NCBI GenBank assembly: GCA_964016885.1
Contig: OZ024742.1
Location: 216,690,001-216,754,000 of the forward strand
Source of the DNA: Eledone cirrhosa
Taxonomy: Eukaryota
Length of the DNA: 64,000 nt
Direction: 5' to 3'
The notes beneath the pieces are model-generated. The model made no database searches, was not told the origin of the DNA, and saw nothing but the letters and a program-made list of their open reading frames with translations. The first letter of the stretch is position 1; the number at the start of each line of letters is the position of its first letter. This document shows, piece after piece, positions 1 through 15,572 of this stretch. Position numbers and translations under genes: made by a program.

Positions 1-1318
<1,318 letters not shown>

Positions 1319-1442
1319 AATATATATATATATATGTGTGTGTGTGTATATATATATGTATATATATATATGATTGTATGTATATATATGTATGTATGTA
1401 TGTATGTATTTATGTATGTATGTATTAATGAATGTATGTATG

Positions 1443-1530
<88 letters not shown>

Positions 1531-1533
1531 TAT

Positions 1534-1576
<43 letters not shown>

Positions 1577-1623
1577 TACATACATGCATTCATTCATACA
1601 TACATACATAAATACATACATAC

Positions 1624-1819
1624 ATGGTGGCTGCCAACTCGTTTTCGAGTACGGCCACTACTTTATATCCATGTAGGAGAACTCCTACCGATGCGCTGAA
1701 CGAGTGTGACTTTTTAGTCCAGCCAGCGACTTGAAAACTCTGCTACAAACACTACACTTGTGACAATTATTGACACATAGTGGTGGGCCCATGGTACCAT
1801 GTGACGACAAGTGCATACA

Positions 1820-1853
<34 letters not shown>

Positions 1854-2201
1854 CATACATGGTGGCTGCCAACTCGTTTTCGAGTACGGCCACTACTTTA
1901 TATCCATGTAGGAGAACCCCTACCGATGCGCTGAACGAGTGTGACTTTTTAGTCCAGCCAGCGACTTGAAAACTCTGGTACAAACACTACACTTGTGACA
2001 ATTACTGACACATAGTGCAGGGCCCATGGTACCATGTGACGACAAGTGCAGAGAGATCTCCAGATATAAAGCAATGCCTGTGCCGTGAAGCTTTTATAGT
2101 GAGCAAAGGCAGTGCACAAAGCCAGTCCCACTCTCTTAACCAAGATGATATTTACCAAAAAGAAGAACAAGTCAACATCATTGGATACCATCAGGGTTGC
2201 A
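1624..2201 (-). mobile_element. Two tandem 3' fragments (1624-1814, 1859-2201) of a non-autonomous RTE derivative with (ATGT)n tail
   Basis: Near-identical to 36539-36923 and 40936-41543. The minus strand encodes the C2H2-like end [25 protein letters not shown], then a CTCG-AAAA-CGAG stem-loop and the ATGT tail. Confidence 0.85.
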
Positions 2202-2209
2202 TACATACA

Positions 2210-2245
<36 letters not shown>

Positions 2246-2829
2246 CACATATATATACACACACACATACATACATACATACATACATACATACATACAT
2301 ACATACATACATACATACATACATACATACAATCATATACATATATATATACATATGTATACATACATATATACATATATACATATATATATATATATAT
2401 GAAGCCTTATGATCTTTTGGGGAGGGTTCGGAAATATTGTCGGACACAATGCCTTAACGTACCTGTCCCGTATTTTTGTTTCCTTACGGCAAATTCTGCA
2501 ACGACACTGGTCCCAAGAACTACCGATTTTTACCATTTCCTTGGAAACCCTCGGTGCAGGAGATTTGCAAGCGGGGTGAGGAGATTTGCAAGCGTGAGCA
2601 ATTGGAAGTGATATTGCCATGTACAAAAGAGAGCAGTACACGTTATGTCGTAAATTTCAACGAAGGAAGCAAGTCTGCAATTGAGGGCGAAGAGAAAAAC
2701 TTTTTTTTTAAATTGTCAATGTTGTTGTTTAGCACCAGACCAGATTTCATCGCACATGTACATCGAATTTACTTTTCAGGTTAAAATCCCAAACGATAAT
2801 AAAACGGCCAATGACACAACCCATATTTA

Positions 2830-2899
2830 CTAAAATATATTAGCTAAAATATATTAGCTAAAATAAATTAGCTAAAATATATCAGCTAAAATATATTAG
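2830..2899. repeat. 14-bp tandem repeat CTAAAATATATTAG, 5 copies
   Basis: Read directly; minor variants between units. Confidence 0.85.
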
Positions 2900-3150
2900 T
2901 CACCAATTATTGTTTTCTATTGTTCTTGTTTGGTAATGTATACTGAATTTAACTTTGGGTTTTTCAAAAACCGTCAGCCACTTAACTATACATTCATGAG
3001 TGTTTTCTTAGTAAAAAATCATTTTGCGCGCATTCGTGGTACTCACGTGCACACATCGCTAACAGACAGACTAGCACATATATATGAATATACACACACA
3101 CATACACACACACACACACACACACGTGCGCGCGCGCGCACAGATATATA

Positions 3151-3182
<32 letters not shown>

Positions 3183-3184
<2 letters not shown>

Positions 3185-3335
3185 GGAAAAGAGTCAGGAA
3201 CCCCAACGGCTAAGCTCCGGCCGTTTCGACAGCTAGATCCGAACTCAGTTCCTATTACGTAGTCTACTACACTAAGTATTGAGTACCCTGGTGCGGTATG
3301 GTCCACCTAGTATCGTACCACACCTTCTTTGCTTA
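3183..3335. mobile_element. PLE-type terminal fragment, family B, rearranged/inverted
   Basis: Homologous to 3713-3903, 26578-26648 and 55068-55218. Carries the GAAACGGC...GCCGT hammerhead 3' half on the minus strand and GTATTGAGTAC on the plus strand. Confidence 0.6.
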
Positions 3336-3439
3336 TATATATATATATAGTGTAGGTAGTACGGTGAGATACTGGTTTTGGTAAAAATAGGGCCAATGCC
3401 CATATAAATATATATATACATTCTCGGTCCACATACCAT

Positions 3440-3608
3440 AACAAAAATATATCTTTTGTGGCATCACCAGTCTCATGAGCAGATCGATACTGAAGTCGAT
3501 TCCATAACTCCTATGGGTCACCTGGAGCCAATTCTCTGCGAAACGCCCATAGCAGGTCGATACGCAATAAATATTGTTCATATGTAAACGAAACTTCCTC
3601 GTTGTTTC

Positions 3609-3610
<2 letters not shown>
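3440..3610 (+). repeat. Interspersed repeat, second copy at ~20190-20337; probable PLE terminus
   Basis: Shared GAGCAGATCGATACTG...GAGCCAAT...GAAA...CAGGTCGATAC...TTCATATGT...GAAACTTCCT. Confidence 0.65.
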
Positions 3611-3678
<68 letters not shown>

Positions 3679-3682
3679 TTAA

Positions 3683-3712
<30 letters not shown>

Positions 3713-3713
<1 letters not shown>

Positions 3714-3900
3714 ACGAAGGAAATGTGGTAAGGAACCAGGTGGACCATAACGCACCAAAGTACTCAATACTTAGGGTAGTAGAGTGGGTAATAGGAACCA
3801 GTAAGACCCCGACGGCTGAACTCAAGCCGTTTCGACGGCTAATTCTGGACTGAATTAGCCATCGAAACGGCTTGAGCTCAGCCGTCGGGGTCTTACTGGT

Positions 3901-3903
<3 letters not shown>
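3713..3903. mobile_element. PLE-type terminus family B with fold-back inverted repeat 3794-3903
   Basis: Arms of about 52 bp around a TGGACT loop; each arm holds GAA-ACGGCT-loop-AGCCGT-C. Confidence 0.7.
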
Positions 3904-3974
<71 letters not shown>

Positions 3975-4484
3975 TAAAATAACAGATTAAAGTTTAAGCA
4001 AAGTTTTGCATATATGTTGTTTTATAATAGATATTATGCTCGCATAAAAACGAGGTAAATGACGGAGCTGATGCATCCATACTGAGAAAAAAGAATGACT
4101 TTATTTACAACAAAGGGATAAAAGCTCATACGCCGCGACGAAATGCAATGGGGAAAATACTGCTGCACAATTGATTAACATGGCCAAAGCTTTTGATCAT
4201 AGCAACTGTAGATTTAAACATTGTTTTTTACTCGTATTATACATGCATACTTAATATATTTGTCTATTTATCACTATATATAATATTCAAAATAAAAGTG
4301 TTCGTTTTTAATACTTGCTTTATTTTGTTTTGTGGAGGCATTTGTGATTCTCTTTGTTTCTTCTTTTTCCATCCAATGTTATTGTAATGTTATTTATTAA
4401 GAAAAGTAAACAAAATTAAAAATTTCCAAACTATAGGAATATTTCTTTGATTTATTGACAGGAATGTCACGTATCCAGTCCGCG

Positions 4485-4540
<56 letters not shown>

Positions 4541-4580
4541 TATACATATATATTTATGTGTATATATATACATATATATT

Positions 4581-4639
<59 letters not shown>

Positions 4640-4806
4640 TATAATATATATATATATGTATTGTATTTATATATTTACATATATTATATATATATGCAAT
4701 TATCCCAAAATACCAACAATCGCAACTGACACCATTAAAGTTTTCATAAGTTTTGTTTAGTCTATGAACTTTTCAAATCAAACGATTTTTGTCTTTTTCT
4801 CTGTAG

Positions 4807-4833
4807 GTGAATACCCAAGTTACGAAGGACTGC
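4807..4833 (+). CDS. Candidate 27-nt micro-exon of an unidentified host gene (phase 1-1; xEYPSYEGL)
   Basis: Acceptor TTTTTGTCTTTTTCTCTGTAG, donor GTAAGT; open frame that continues into 15542-15572. Confidence 0.45.
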
Positions 4834-4929
4834 GTAAGTGATAAGTTAGCTTCACTTATCGTATTCATATTTACTATTTATTTTCTCCTTTTTATATTTA
4901 TAATTGTTTTACCTTTCCTCCATCCATAT

Positions 4930-5043
<114 letters not shown>

Positions 5044-5058
5044 CATATATGTTACATG

Positions 5059-5112
<54 letters not shown>

Positions 5113-5131
5113 CATATGTATGTATATTTAC

Positions 5132-5181
<50 letters not shown>

Positions 5182-5329
5182 TTTTTGGTGTAGTTCATCA
5201 GTCTTCTATTTCCTTTTCCACGAAGATGATCGATATCATTCGCTCTTAGCCTATATTTCTGAAATTCTAATTAATACATACACATATACACTCACTCTAA
5301 TGATGCTACCGAAATTGGTGATTATGTCA

Positions 5330-5950
5330 CTAATCCTACAATATATTACATACCTAATAAACAACATCATCAAAAGGTCAATAACGTATTATACTCCAAT
5401 GTGAATTCTACTGGAACAAAATATTTTAAATGTTCTGTTGCTTAGTATACTTATAAATACCAACACAAAATTATGGTGGAATTATCCTATAGAAATCTAG
5501 TCAAATATAAAAACAGACAGACAAATTAATGTGGGAGCTGCAAAATTTCCCTCAAATCTTAAACTCCTCATTTATTAACGAAATGGTATATTAGACAATA
5601 TATCCACTGGTGTACAAAAAGACGGAAAGCTTACGTCTGGAACGCGTGATGATAGTCCTCAAAATCTGGTTTCTCTCAAAGTTTGTGACTACCAGATAAA
5701 TTAGAACCATTTACTCTGCAGAGCACTCACTGATAGAACTAGTAAACAGCAAACACATAACCGTTATAGACGATGGCTGCCGTTCATGCATCCCAAACAC
5801 TCTATCCATCAAGAAAATAAAAATTATACTAAAATTAACCGAAAACTTCACTGCATTAATTTAGTTAAGAAAACATAATTCACAATATATCACTAAATTC
5901 CGAACCAGCAATAAGACGCATTTAAGCAAATCAACACTAAAATCGAAAAT
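5330..5950 (+). pseudogene. Highly degraded Penelope-like GIY-YIG remnant
   Basis: Frameshifted patches (RKAYV, QSL.LPDKL, GCRSCI) lie in the same order as KRNSYIG, HSFRRPDKS and CCDLCI of the frame at 29564-30217. Confidence 0.35.
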
Positions 5951-6929
5951 AGACTTGCCAATGTACGCTAAAATTTAATATTCAACCCATGAACTTAAAC
6001 GTAGACTTCATATATAAACTACATTCATACATACATACGTACATGCATATTTATAGCGAAATTTTAAATAATTCATCAATGTAATGTGATATGAACAATA
6101 ATTTACTCCATCGCAACATAAAATCTGATTTAGTTAAATATTGTTAAAACAATAGAAAGCTTTGCAAAAATTTCTCAAAACATTAATAATAGAAGTATTG
6201 TGTTATAGAAAAAAAACATATTTTCAATGTAAGCATAGCTTTACATGTATCCATTAGTATAATGCAATACAAATGATAGGACAATTTACTATTGTTGTTG
6301 TCTTTTATGTGTAGAGGGACTAAAGAAGAGTACCTACATTATATTAAAATATCATGTGGATATAGATGAGGAGAGGGTGTCTGGTCTAGTTTACACAGTG
6401 GCAACTTCAGATTGCATATAATATCTTAATTCATTTTAATTAGTATTCGTGCTCTGTCTCATTCTGTACTTGACTAAAATTGACCATAATTACATAAGAT
6501 TAATTAACTAATGAGAATTATTTCTCCTCACCGCAGATGTAATTTTAAATTAATAAAAATAATATCTTAACTCATTACATTAGTTATGTTAGAAGCAACT
6601 GTCCAATTAATCAGGTAAACGCAAACTCCATAAAGCTATCCACAGGAACAGGAACTTCGGATATGTTTCCGATAAGTTGGTGAATGGATTAGTAATATAC
6701 ACCATCGCTACATTTGACTTGAAATATGATTAATATATTAGCTTGAGGAAGTGCCAGTAAACATGTACAATTCATTGTAAGCAGCTCTTCTAAGTTTAGT
6801 GAAAAATAATGACATGCTACTAATATTTTAAAATAGCTCCATTAGTCACTTGTTAAAACCAAAGTTATCGCCACTAGGAAAGTCTCCTAGAAATTGATTT
6901 TCACCACATCGTGTTCACCAGAATATACA

Positions 6930-7200
6930 TAATAATGATTATGATGATGATGATGATGATTATTATCGTCATCAATATTCTCATCATAATCATGATGGCG
7001 TGGGAAGTATCACAACCATGATAGTAATGATGAAGATAGGAATGACGATAATGATGATGATGATGTTGATGATGATGATGATGATGATGATGACAACATC
7101 GATGATCACGATGACGGTCATCATCATTATCATTATTATTATTATCATCACTATCATCATCATTATAATCATCACAAAGAATAACATTATCATCATTCGC
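6930..7200. repeat. (GAT)n/(ATC)n compound trinucleotide low-complexity tract
   Basis: Read directly. Confidence 0.9.
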
Positions 7201-7495
7201 GCTCTCATCCTCACGATGCTTTGAGGCTCAGTTCGTGATAAAAATTCCCAGTGGCTATAATTTTAATTTTAACAAGCGATTACAAAAGCTATATTTAAAA
7301 TATAAAGCTAGTCATGTTATTTCAATTGTCAATGATTTTAAATAGCAGATTTAGTCATATGTTTTTACCCAATACATTTGTGATTGTCTAAGTTACATAC
7401 AAATATTCTTATTGTATTCATTGTTCAATAGTCCTTTGAATAAAGTTACGGAATCTAATGTTGTAAGCCATAATTAGTTGATATTATTTTATATC

Positions 7496-8021
7496 GCGGT
7501 GGATTTGCAGCATAGAATTATGTCCCTTTATGATCTGAGTTCAAATCCCGCCGAGGTTAACTTTGCCTTTCATCCTTACGGGGTCGATAAAATAAAGTAC
7601 CAGCAATACACTGAGATAATTGCTGGCCTTGTGCCAAAAGTAGAAACAATTATTTTATATCGCCGTGGATTTGCAGCATAGAGTTACGTCCCTTTATGAT
7701 CTGAGTTCAAATCCCGCCGAGGTTAAATTTGCCTTTCATCCTTACGAGGTCGATAAAATAAAGTACCAGTAATGTACTGTGTAATTTGCTGGCCTTGTGC
7801 CATGAGTAGAAACAATTATTTTAGATCACCGTGGATTGGCAGTATCGGTAGACGGTCGGACGCCATGCTTTGCAGCATAGAGTTACGACCCTTTACTGTA
7901 TGAGTACAAATCCCGCTGAGGTTAACGTTGCCTTTCATCCTTACGGAGTCGATCAAAAACTAGTTCCGGTAATGAACTAGGGTAATTGCTAGGCTTGTGC
8001 CAAAAGTAAAAACAATTATTT
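7496..8021 (+). mobile_element. Head-to-tail trimer of the major tRNA-derived SINE
   Basis: Three units with B-box-like GAGTTCAAATCC, central CCTTTCATCCTTACGGGGTCGATAAAATAAAGTACCAG and tail GGCCTTGTGCCAAAAGTAGAAACAATTATT. The first two units have an internal 5' deletion. Confidence 0.9.
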
Positions 8022-8321
8022 TATAAAAGCAAAGATATGTTGGACATCAAGTGTACTATAATCTATAAGGCTAAAAGTAATTGAGATTTTTGCAAAGCTT
8101 TTGCATATATTAGTGGATACCAAGATATTTGTTGGAATCAGAATATCGATCAAACTCGCAACAACCTTTACATGTATGTTGTCTTCGGAATTTTCTGTTC
8201 ATAATTTCTTCCTGTTATTTTTACATTACTCAAACGTCCTATGCACAATTTCTGTTCTGTATAGTACAGCATGAAGAAATAGCACAGCATGTTATATTTT
8301 AGACACTATATTACTATATAT

Positions 8322-8412
<91 letters not shown>

Positions 8413-8582
8413 TATATAAATATATGCATATATATATATATATTAAAATAGATATTTCATATTCCTACTCTAAATATATATTTTTCCTTCGGCACTTATA
8501 TTATTTTTGCACATTACTGCTTATCATCAAATGTTTATGTGTGTGAATATATATATATATATATATATTATATATGTATATA

Positions 8583-8668
<86 letters not shown>

Positions 8669-8704
8669 ATATATATATATATATAATATATATATATATA
8701 AATA

Positions 8705-8891
<187 letters not shown>

Positions 8892-8952
8892 GTATGTATG
8901 AATCTGTTATAAATAAATTTGTTGAATTACCAGCAAATTAAATATCTCTTTG

Positions 8953-9003
<51 letters not shown>

Positions 9004-9819
9004 GCTCGTGTGCATGTGCTTGTGCATATGTGGACTTGGGCACATGTGCACTAACATACACATGTATGTGGGGAAATGTATGCATGTGTGTGTACTTGCG
9101 TATGTGTGCCCGGTCATACATGTAAATATATGTGTGTGAAGCTGTGTACGATTGCCGCGCGTTTGTGTGAGTGTGTGTACGTAAATTTTACATGTATCCT
9201 GAGGGATGTTTTTCAGAGAGGACTTTGCTGAAGTATCACTGGCGTTCACTTTCCGATCGCTTGTGAACAAAGTAAGATCAACCTTCCTTCAGGAAACAAG
9301 TAGTACCTAGGAATGTATACTCCGGTTTGCCATGTAATTTATATAATATAGTATATATATATATATAGAATAAATAAGGTCGAAGTCAATGTTGCAACAT
9401 ATCTACAAACTTTAATGTCATATTACTATTATTTGAATATCAATCAGCTCAGGGTATAATCATAGCGACCGGGCCCGACTATTTCGACATCTCATCATAT
9501 ATGCGAGTTTTTATGTGCAAATTCACATCTAACTTTACATATTTGACGGGATGCTGAAGAACAGTCGGGCCCCACCACTTTGATTGTACCCTGAGTTGAT
9601 CGATATCTAAACAATTGTAATATGCCATTAAATGTTATACCTATGGTCCAAAACACTTCAACGCTATTCATTTTATATACACTCTGCACATTACAGCCAC
9701 CTTAATTCTGGAATACAACCCATTACGAGACGGACCTCGTAACGGCATCGAGTACTTCGGAAGGCGCGCCACCTGCAACAAAAGATACACACATAACTAA
9801 CACACACGCCACACGCGCG

Positions 9820-9857
<38 letters not shown>

Positions 9858-9864
<7 letters not shown>

Positions 9865-10353
9865 TAAAATAACAGATTAAAGTTTAAGCAAAGAATCGCT
9901 GCTTTCACCCTTAACGGGATCTTCTGAAACTAAAAAAGTTAATCTGTAAACGCAGAACTGGATATTTCAAAAAACGTTGCAACCGAAGGAAGACAGGAAG
10001 ACGATACTTTGGTTCGTGGAAACGTTCCCTGGCAAAGAACGGGAAAAACGAAGATAATACGTCATTATTTGGAGCGGTGAAAAACAATTACACGCCAAGA
10101 CAAAACCATGTTTATGGTATAAAAGAAGTCGTAGACTAATATAATGGCGTATTATCTTCGTTTTTTTTCTCTTCTTTGCCAGAGAACGTTTCCACGAACC
10201 AAAGTATCGTCTTCCTGTCTTCCTCCGGTTGCAACGTTTTTTGAAATATTTACTTCTGCGTTCACAGATTGACTTTTTTAGTTTCAGAAGATCCCGTTAA
10301 GGGTGAAAGCAGCGATTCTTTGCTTAAACTTTAATCTGTTATTTTAATAAATA
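9858..10353. mobile_element. Inverted pair of PLE-type termini (family C); arms ~9858-10061 and ~10148-10353
   Basis: About 200-bp arms with few mismatches, each carrying a hammerhead fold. A truncated third copy lies at 3971-4003. Confidence 0.8.
10280..10330 (+). ncRNA. Type I hammerhead ribozyme fold with U4A core (family C); mirror copy 9881-9931 minus
   Basis: AGTTT-CAGAAGA-T-CCC-GTTAA-GGG-T-GAA-AGCA-GCGATTCTT-TGCT-T^-AAACT; all three stems pair. Confidence 0.7.
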
Positions 10354-10437
10354 TTTGCTCTACGGTTCTTAGATATTGGATATATATTTATCCTTATCGA
10401 TCCCTCTTTGGATTTTAGTCTTCAAATTTATTATTAT

Positions 10438-10481
<44 letters not shown>

Positions 10482-10991
10482 TTTTGTGAGACTGCTGAAA
10501 TTTCAAATTTGGCGGTCACTCTAGCACTGACGGGGACCATCGATGAATATTAATATCAGTATGTTTTTTTATATCGATATTACTGGGCATACACTGATGA
10601 TTTATAGGTGCCCACCTGCATATATTCCTATAGACTATGTGCAGGCTTCTATATAACCTGGACATTATTTTCCCAAGTTGTACAAAACGTATAATGAAAC
10701 GATCGTTTGGAAGGAGAGATGTATTTAATTATGTCTCATATAAAATAATACAGCCGGCTATCTGCAAAATACAATATAGTTAGCACCCCAAACATATAAT
10801 TAGGGTTATACTCAGGTATATCCTAATGTTTGTTGAGTGAGATAAATGTCGGTCGGAGTATTGCTTAAAGCTTTCTCTGTTAATGTATTAAGTATATATA
10901 TATATATATATAGGTGTATGGTTGCAAGAAAAATTGCGTCCGTAGGCGATATGCTAGGTGAGCGCTCGATGCTTGCGTAGAACAGAGTATA

Positions 10992-11252
10992 ATACTATAA
11001 GAATAAAGGAACAAAGAGTCAGTGTTGCATCATAACATATTTAATAACATATTACATATGTTTCACTATCGATCAGCTCGAGGAACGACCTATTATTGAT
11101 CGAGCCTGATTCTGTAATCGAAAGATCATTAGATATGCTTCCGTATATGAGCTCGTCTCCGATTCGTTCCTCGAGCTGATCGATAGTGAAACATTTATAT
11201 AATATGTTATGATGCAACACACTGAATCTTTGTTCTTTTATTCTTATAGTAT
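10992..11252. repeat. Fold-back inverted repeat, arms of about 90 bp
   Basis: TGTTTCACTATCGATCAGCTCGAGGAACGA pairs with TCGTTCCTCGAGCTGATCGATAGTGAAACA; outer arms ATACTATAAGAATAAA / TTTATTCTTATAGTAT. Confidence 0.85.
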
Positions 11253-11270
11253 ATATATGTGTTGTGTGTG

Positions 11271-11364
<94 letters not shown>

Positions 11365-11504
11365 TAGATATAGATATATTTAAAAGATATATGTCAAGTG
11401 AAAGAAGCATAACTACTCCAAATATATTAATTTGGTGAGTTGAATTAACTGTGACAGGTTTTTAGGAGCTTTTTCTAGACCCCTACAACGTCCAGTCACA
11501 TTTA

Positions 11505-11845
11505 TAGCTGCCCTGACCGTTAAACCTTTTGACATCATGTGAGTAGAGATTTAAAACAAACTCTCTGCTCTCGACTGATATAAAGCTATTTTATACAGTG
11601 TGGTACTTATATTAAGACAATTCTTCTGATGGTTAGATCCTGTCTTTCGGTGCTATATGTAGTTTGTAATCGATAATAGATTACTTAGATCGAGGATTTT
11701 GCCTCCTACTTTGGTCTACTTTGTACCATCTGAAAGTATGTATATTGTCCTGAATATTATTTCCTCTATATATATGTGTACAAAATGCTATGTTTCCCAA
11801 ACCATATATGCTTCTTTCTCAGTAAATATATCTTTCAAATTTAAA
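11505..11845 (+). repeat. Interspersed repeat, second copy at ~48415-48793
   Basis: Shared AAACAAACTCTCTGCTCTCGAC, ACTTATATTAAGACAATT, TGTCTTTCGGTGC, GATTACTTAGATCGA, ATATATGCTTCTTT. Confidence 0.75.
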
Positions 11846-11948
11846 TAATTGATGCTCTGAGCCAAGGTCTATTGAGATTATTTATTGAGAAACATGATCA
11901 TCATACATACTAAATCTGTATTTGTACCTTAACATAGTATATATATAT

Positions 11949-12290
11949 AGGAATCTCGTTGAGAGAGCACATCAGGAGCGAAGTCATCAGACAGAAGTCC
12001 GGCGTGAGGGACGTCATCACGGAATATATGCGCAGCAAGTTCAGATGGGCTGGACACGTCGCCCGGTTCACTGATAATCGGTGGACTCGCGCAGTTGCCG
12101 GGTGGTACCCGCGCGAGCGGAAACGACCACTCAGAAAGCCACCACGAAGGTGGAATTACGATTTTAGGAATATGGGATTGGGACTACATGGATGAGGAAA
12201 GCACGATTCAGAGAGGAATGGACGGCGTGTTGTGACCAGCGGCGCTGAATGGACGCCCGACAGACTGGTCGGTCAAGTTGATCAAGGTGA
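11949..12290 (+). mobile_element. 3' fragment of a second RTE-clade LINE
   Basis: IRSEVIRQKSGV...KFRWAGHVARFTDNRWT...WYPRERKRP..KPPRRW; ends in short CAAG(G/T)TGA repeats; inserted in (TA)n. Confidence 0.88.
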
Positions 12291-12450
12291 TATATATAAA
12301 TATATACATATATATACTATGACTTGGCGCCGAGGTTGGGATTGTATCTCTCTCTCTCTCTCTCTGTATATATATATATATATATATATTAGAAAGTGAG
12401 GTTTTTTTTACAAAATGAAAAATAACCGAGGTGTCCTACACGAGTGAAAG

Positions 12451-12874
<424 letters not shown>

Positions 12875-13054
12875 TTAGGTTTGTTGGTTCACCACTGGAT
12901 AGAACTGGTCATTCCGTATGGTCAATCCTGGTGTAACATTGTGAAGAGTACTCAACGCAGTGCAGTTCACCCATCTCCGTCTGTGTAGTTGGTGGTGCGG
13001 ATACGGAGTTAATTATAAATGAAATAACTGGTGTAAATCCTTGAAAGGTTTATT

Positions 13055-13106
13055 ATACTATTTCAATGACCGGGTTCCATATGAATCCGGTGATATCATC
13101 AGGTAT
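13055..13106 (-). ncRNA. Hammerhead-like motif without stem III (family E)
   Basis: ATAC-CTGATGA-[long stem II including ACCGG/CCGGT]-GAAATA-GTAT. Confidence 0.5.
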
Positions 13107-14121
13107 TGGAATATAACAAAGGAATATGTAAAAAACCCATGGGTCCGAAAAATCAGAGACAGAGAGGACGGCTGACCAACTAGCTTCTCAGCCAGCCGCC
13201 CTCAAAGTGTTGGCAACTGAAAACTACCAATGAATATCTGGTGAGGGGGCGAAGGCTTATAATGCGCTACCACCACTCCGTCAAAGAAGTAGGGGAAGAA
13301 AGAAAGAAAGGGAGAAAGAAGTGTAGTGTAAGGGTCAAACTACATTCATGTTAGAAAATGCCCCGAAAAGATTGCTACCCAAAGAATCTATAATGAGTGT
13401 CTGAAAACCTGTGTTGAAACCGATATTGTTATTCTTTGGGAGGGTCATGTTGCCAATAAGAAACACATGCACCAGTTGCTTTCACTCCAATTTATTATAA
13501 ATTAAATTTATAAATTTAAGAATTTATAAATTTCCGGTTGGTTGGTTGGTTGGTTGGTTCCATAACCGGACGGTTGTTCATATATTGTCAAAGTTCTTTC
13601 GTCACACATTCTATGACCTCTTCAGTGACTGGGGATTCTTTTCTTTCTTTTGTGCCTCTCCTTTGTTCTGTTCTACGCCATCTTGTGTTTGTGTGTGTTG
13701 TATGCTTAGTTTGCGCATGTGTTACATCCGCGTGTCTCTGTATGTTTTTATTTGTTTATTTATTTGTTTGTTTACATGTTACTGGTTGGTTGTTTGTTCT
13801 GTGTGTGTGTGTGTTTTCATTTTGTTTTTAATTGTAAGTTGTGATGTTGCTATTCAATTCATATTTTCTATTTAATTTTAGTTGGACTTCATTTATGTTT
13901 ATTGCCTCTGTGATTTATCTAAACATTGCGTCTTTTCTGTGTGTAGATTCTATTTTTTATTTCTATGTTCTCTAATTTGAACCCTATGTTCTATTTTAGC
14001 ATGTTGGTGGAGTATTGATGATTCTTTTTTATCTTGAAGTTCTCGCCAGTGTTCAAGATAAAAAAACGAATCATCATTACTCCACCAACATGTAAGTTTA
14101 TCTTCGAGTAATAAAATTGAA

Positions 14122-14200
<79 letters not shown>

Positions 14201-14948
14201 TATACCATATATATATACCATATATATATACCATATATATATGGTATATACTTATTTGTTTATGCTAGGTAGATAGTCCATTATGTAGAGTAGTGGGATG
14301 TGATTTGGTAGAATATGCTATCTTATCTGTTATGACATTTATAATAATGTTCATATTAATAATATCCCGCATTCTCTCTATATATGCGTGGGAGGTATGC
14401 ATACATATTTGTTATATATTATATACCTATGTATATGTGTGTATGAGAGAACAGAGAATGTTTATGCCTATATTATAAATTGTTGGTACATTTCTGTTTT
14501 CATGTATTCTACCATTGTCTATCTTTCTCCTTTTTTCGCTGTTAATATACATCAATATAATATTCTATGATACATTGAAAATAATAGCGAATATTTAATA
14601 TTCAGTAAAATGTTTGATTAAAAGTTACTTTTCTAAAGTCACGTATACATGCGATTTTACATATTTCTTCATTTACTCAACTGGATAGATATTACATGTA
14701 TGAAAATAGTGTGATTAAAATGTTATCCATTTCATATACCTCTTTTACAGGTTAGCTTTGAATGTAATTCATTTTAAAATAATGGCCGTTTGAAGTTACA
14801 TGTTTTATCTCCAAATAATCTTTCCAAAGCACATATGTCTACAAATATGCTTCCTGCAAACTGAGAAAGAAAGTGAACTATTATGTACTATAATAGTAAA
14901 AGTAAATACTCAGGCTTCAATTTAATGTCAGATCATGCCGAATAAAAT

Positions 14949-15020
<72 letters not shown>

Positions 15021-15065
15021 GGGGTATATATATATATATATTTATATAGACTACCACACGGATAT

Positions 15066-15129
<64 letters not shown>

Positions 15130-15203
15130 GCGTAAAATTTACAGGCAAGTAGAAAGATAAAAGAACATTTTGTACAATTGTTTGAAGTTTCTGCTTCGAA
15201 TGA

Positions 15204-15385
<182 letters not shown>

Positions 15386-15541
15386 GCGCGCGCGTTATGT
15401 ATAGAAACCACGCCAATGAATCAAACTAGGTTTCCACTGGTCCGAGAAATGTTAAAGCAAGTGATTACCATATGCCAGATAAGGCTATGCTATTATTCGT
15501 ATTGTTAGTAATAATATTGGTTGTTGTGCCTTTCCCCGTAG

Positions 15542-15572
15542 GCGACAATCCAGCTTTTCTATGCAATGACAT
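15542..15572 (+). CDS. Candidate 31-nt micro-exon (phase 1-2; xDNPAFLCND)
   Basis: Acceptor TTGTGCCTTTCCCCGTAG, donor GTAAGT; in frame with 4807-4833. Confidence 0.45.

Noticed and set aside
1624-2201. Repeat-spacer pattern resembling a CRISPR array
   Set aside because: Eukaryotic retroelement 3' ends separated by their own (ATGT)n tails; no cas genes.
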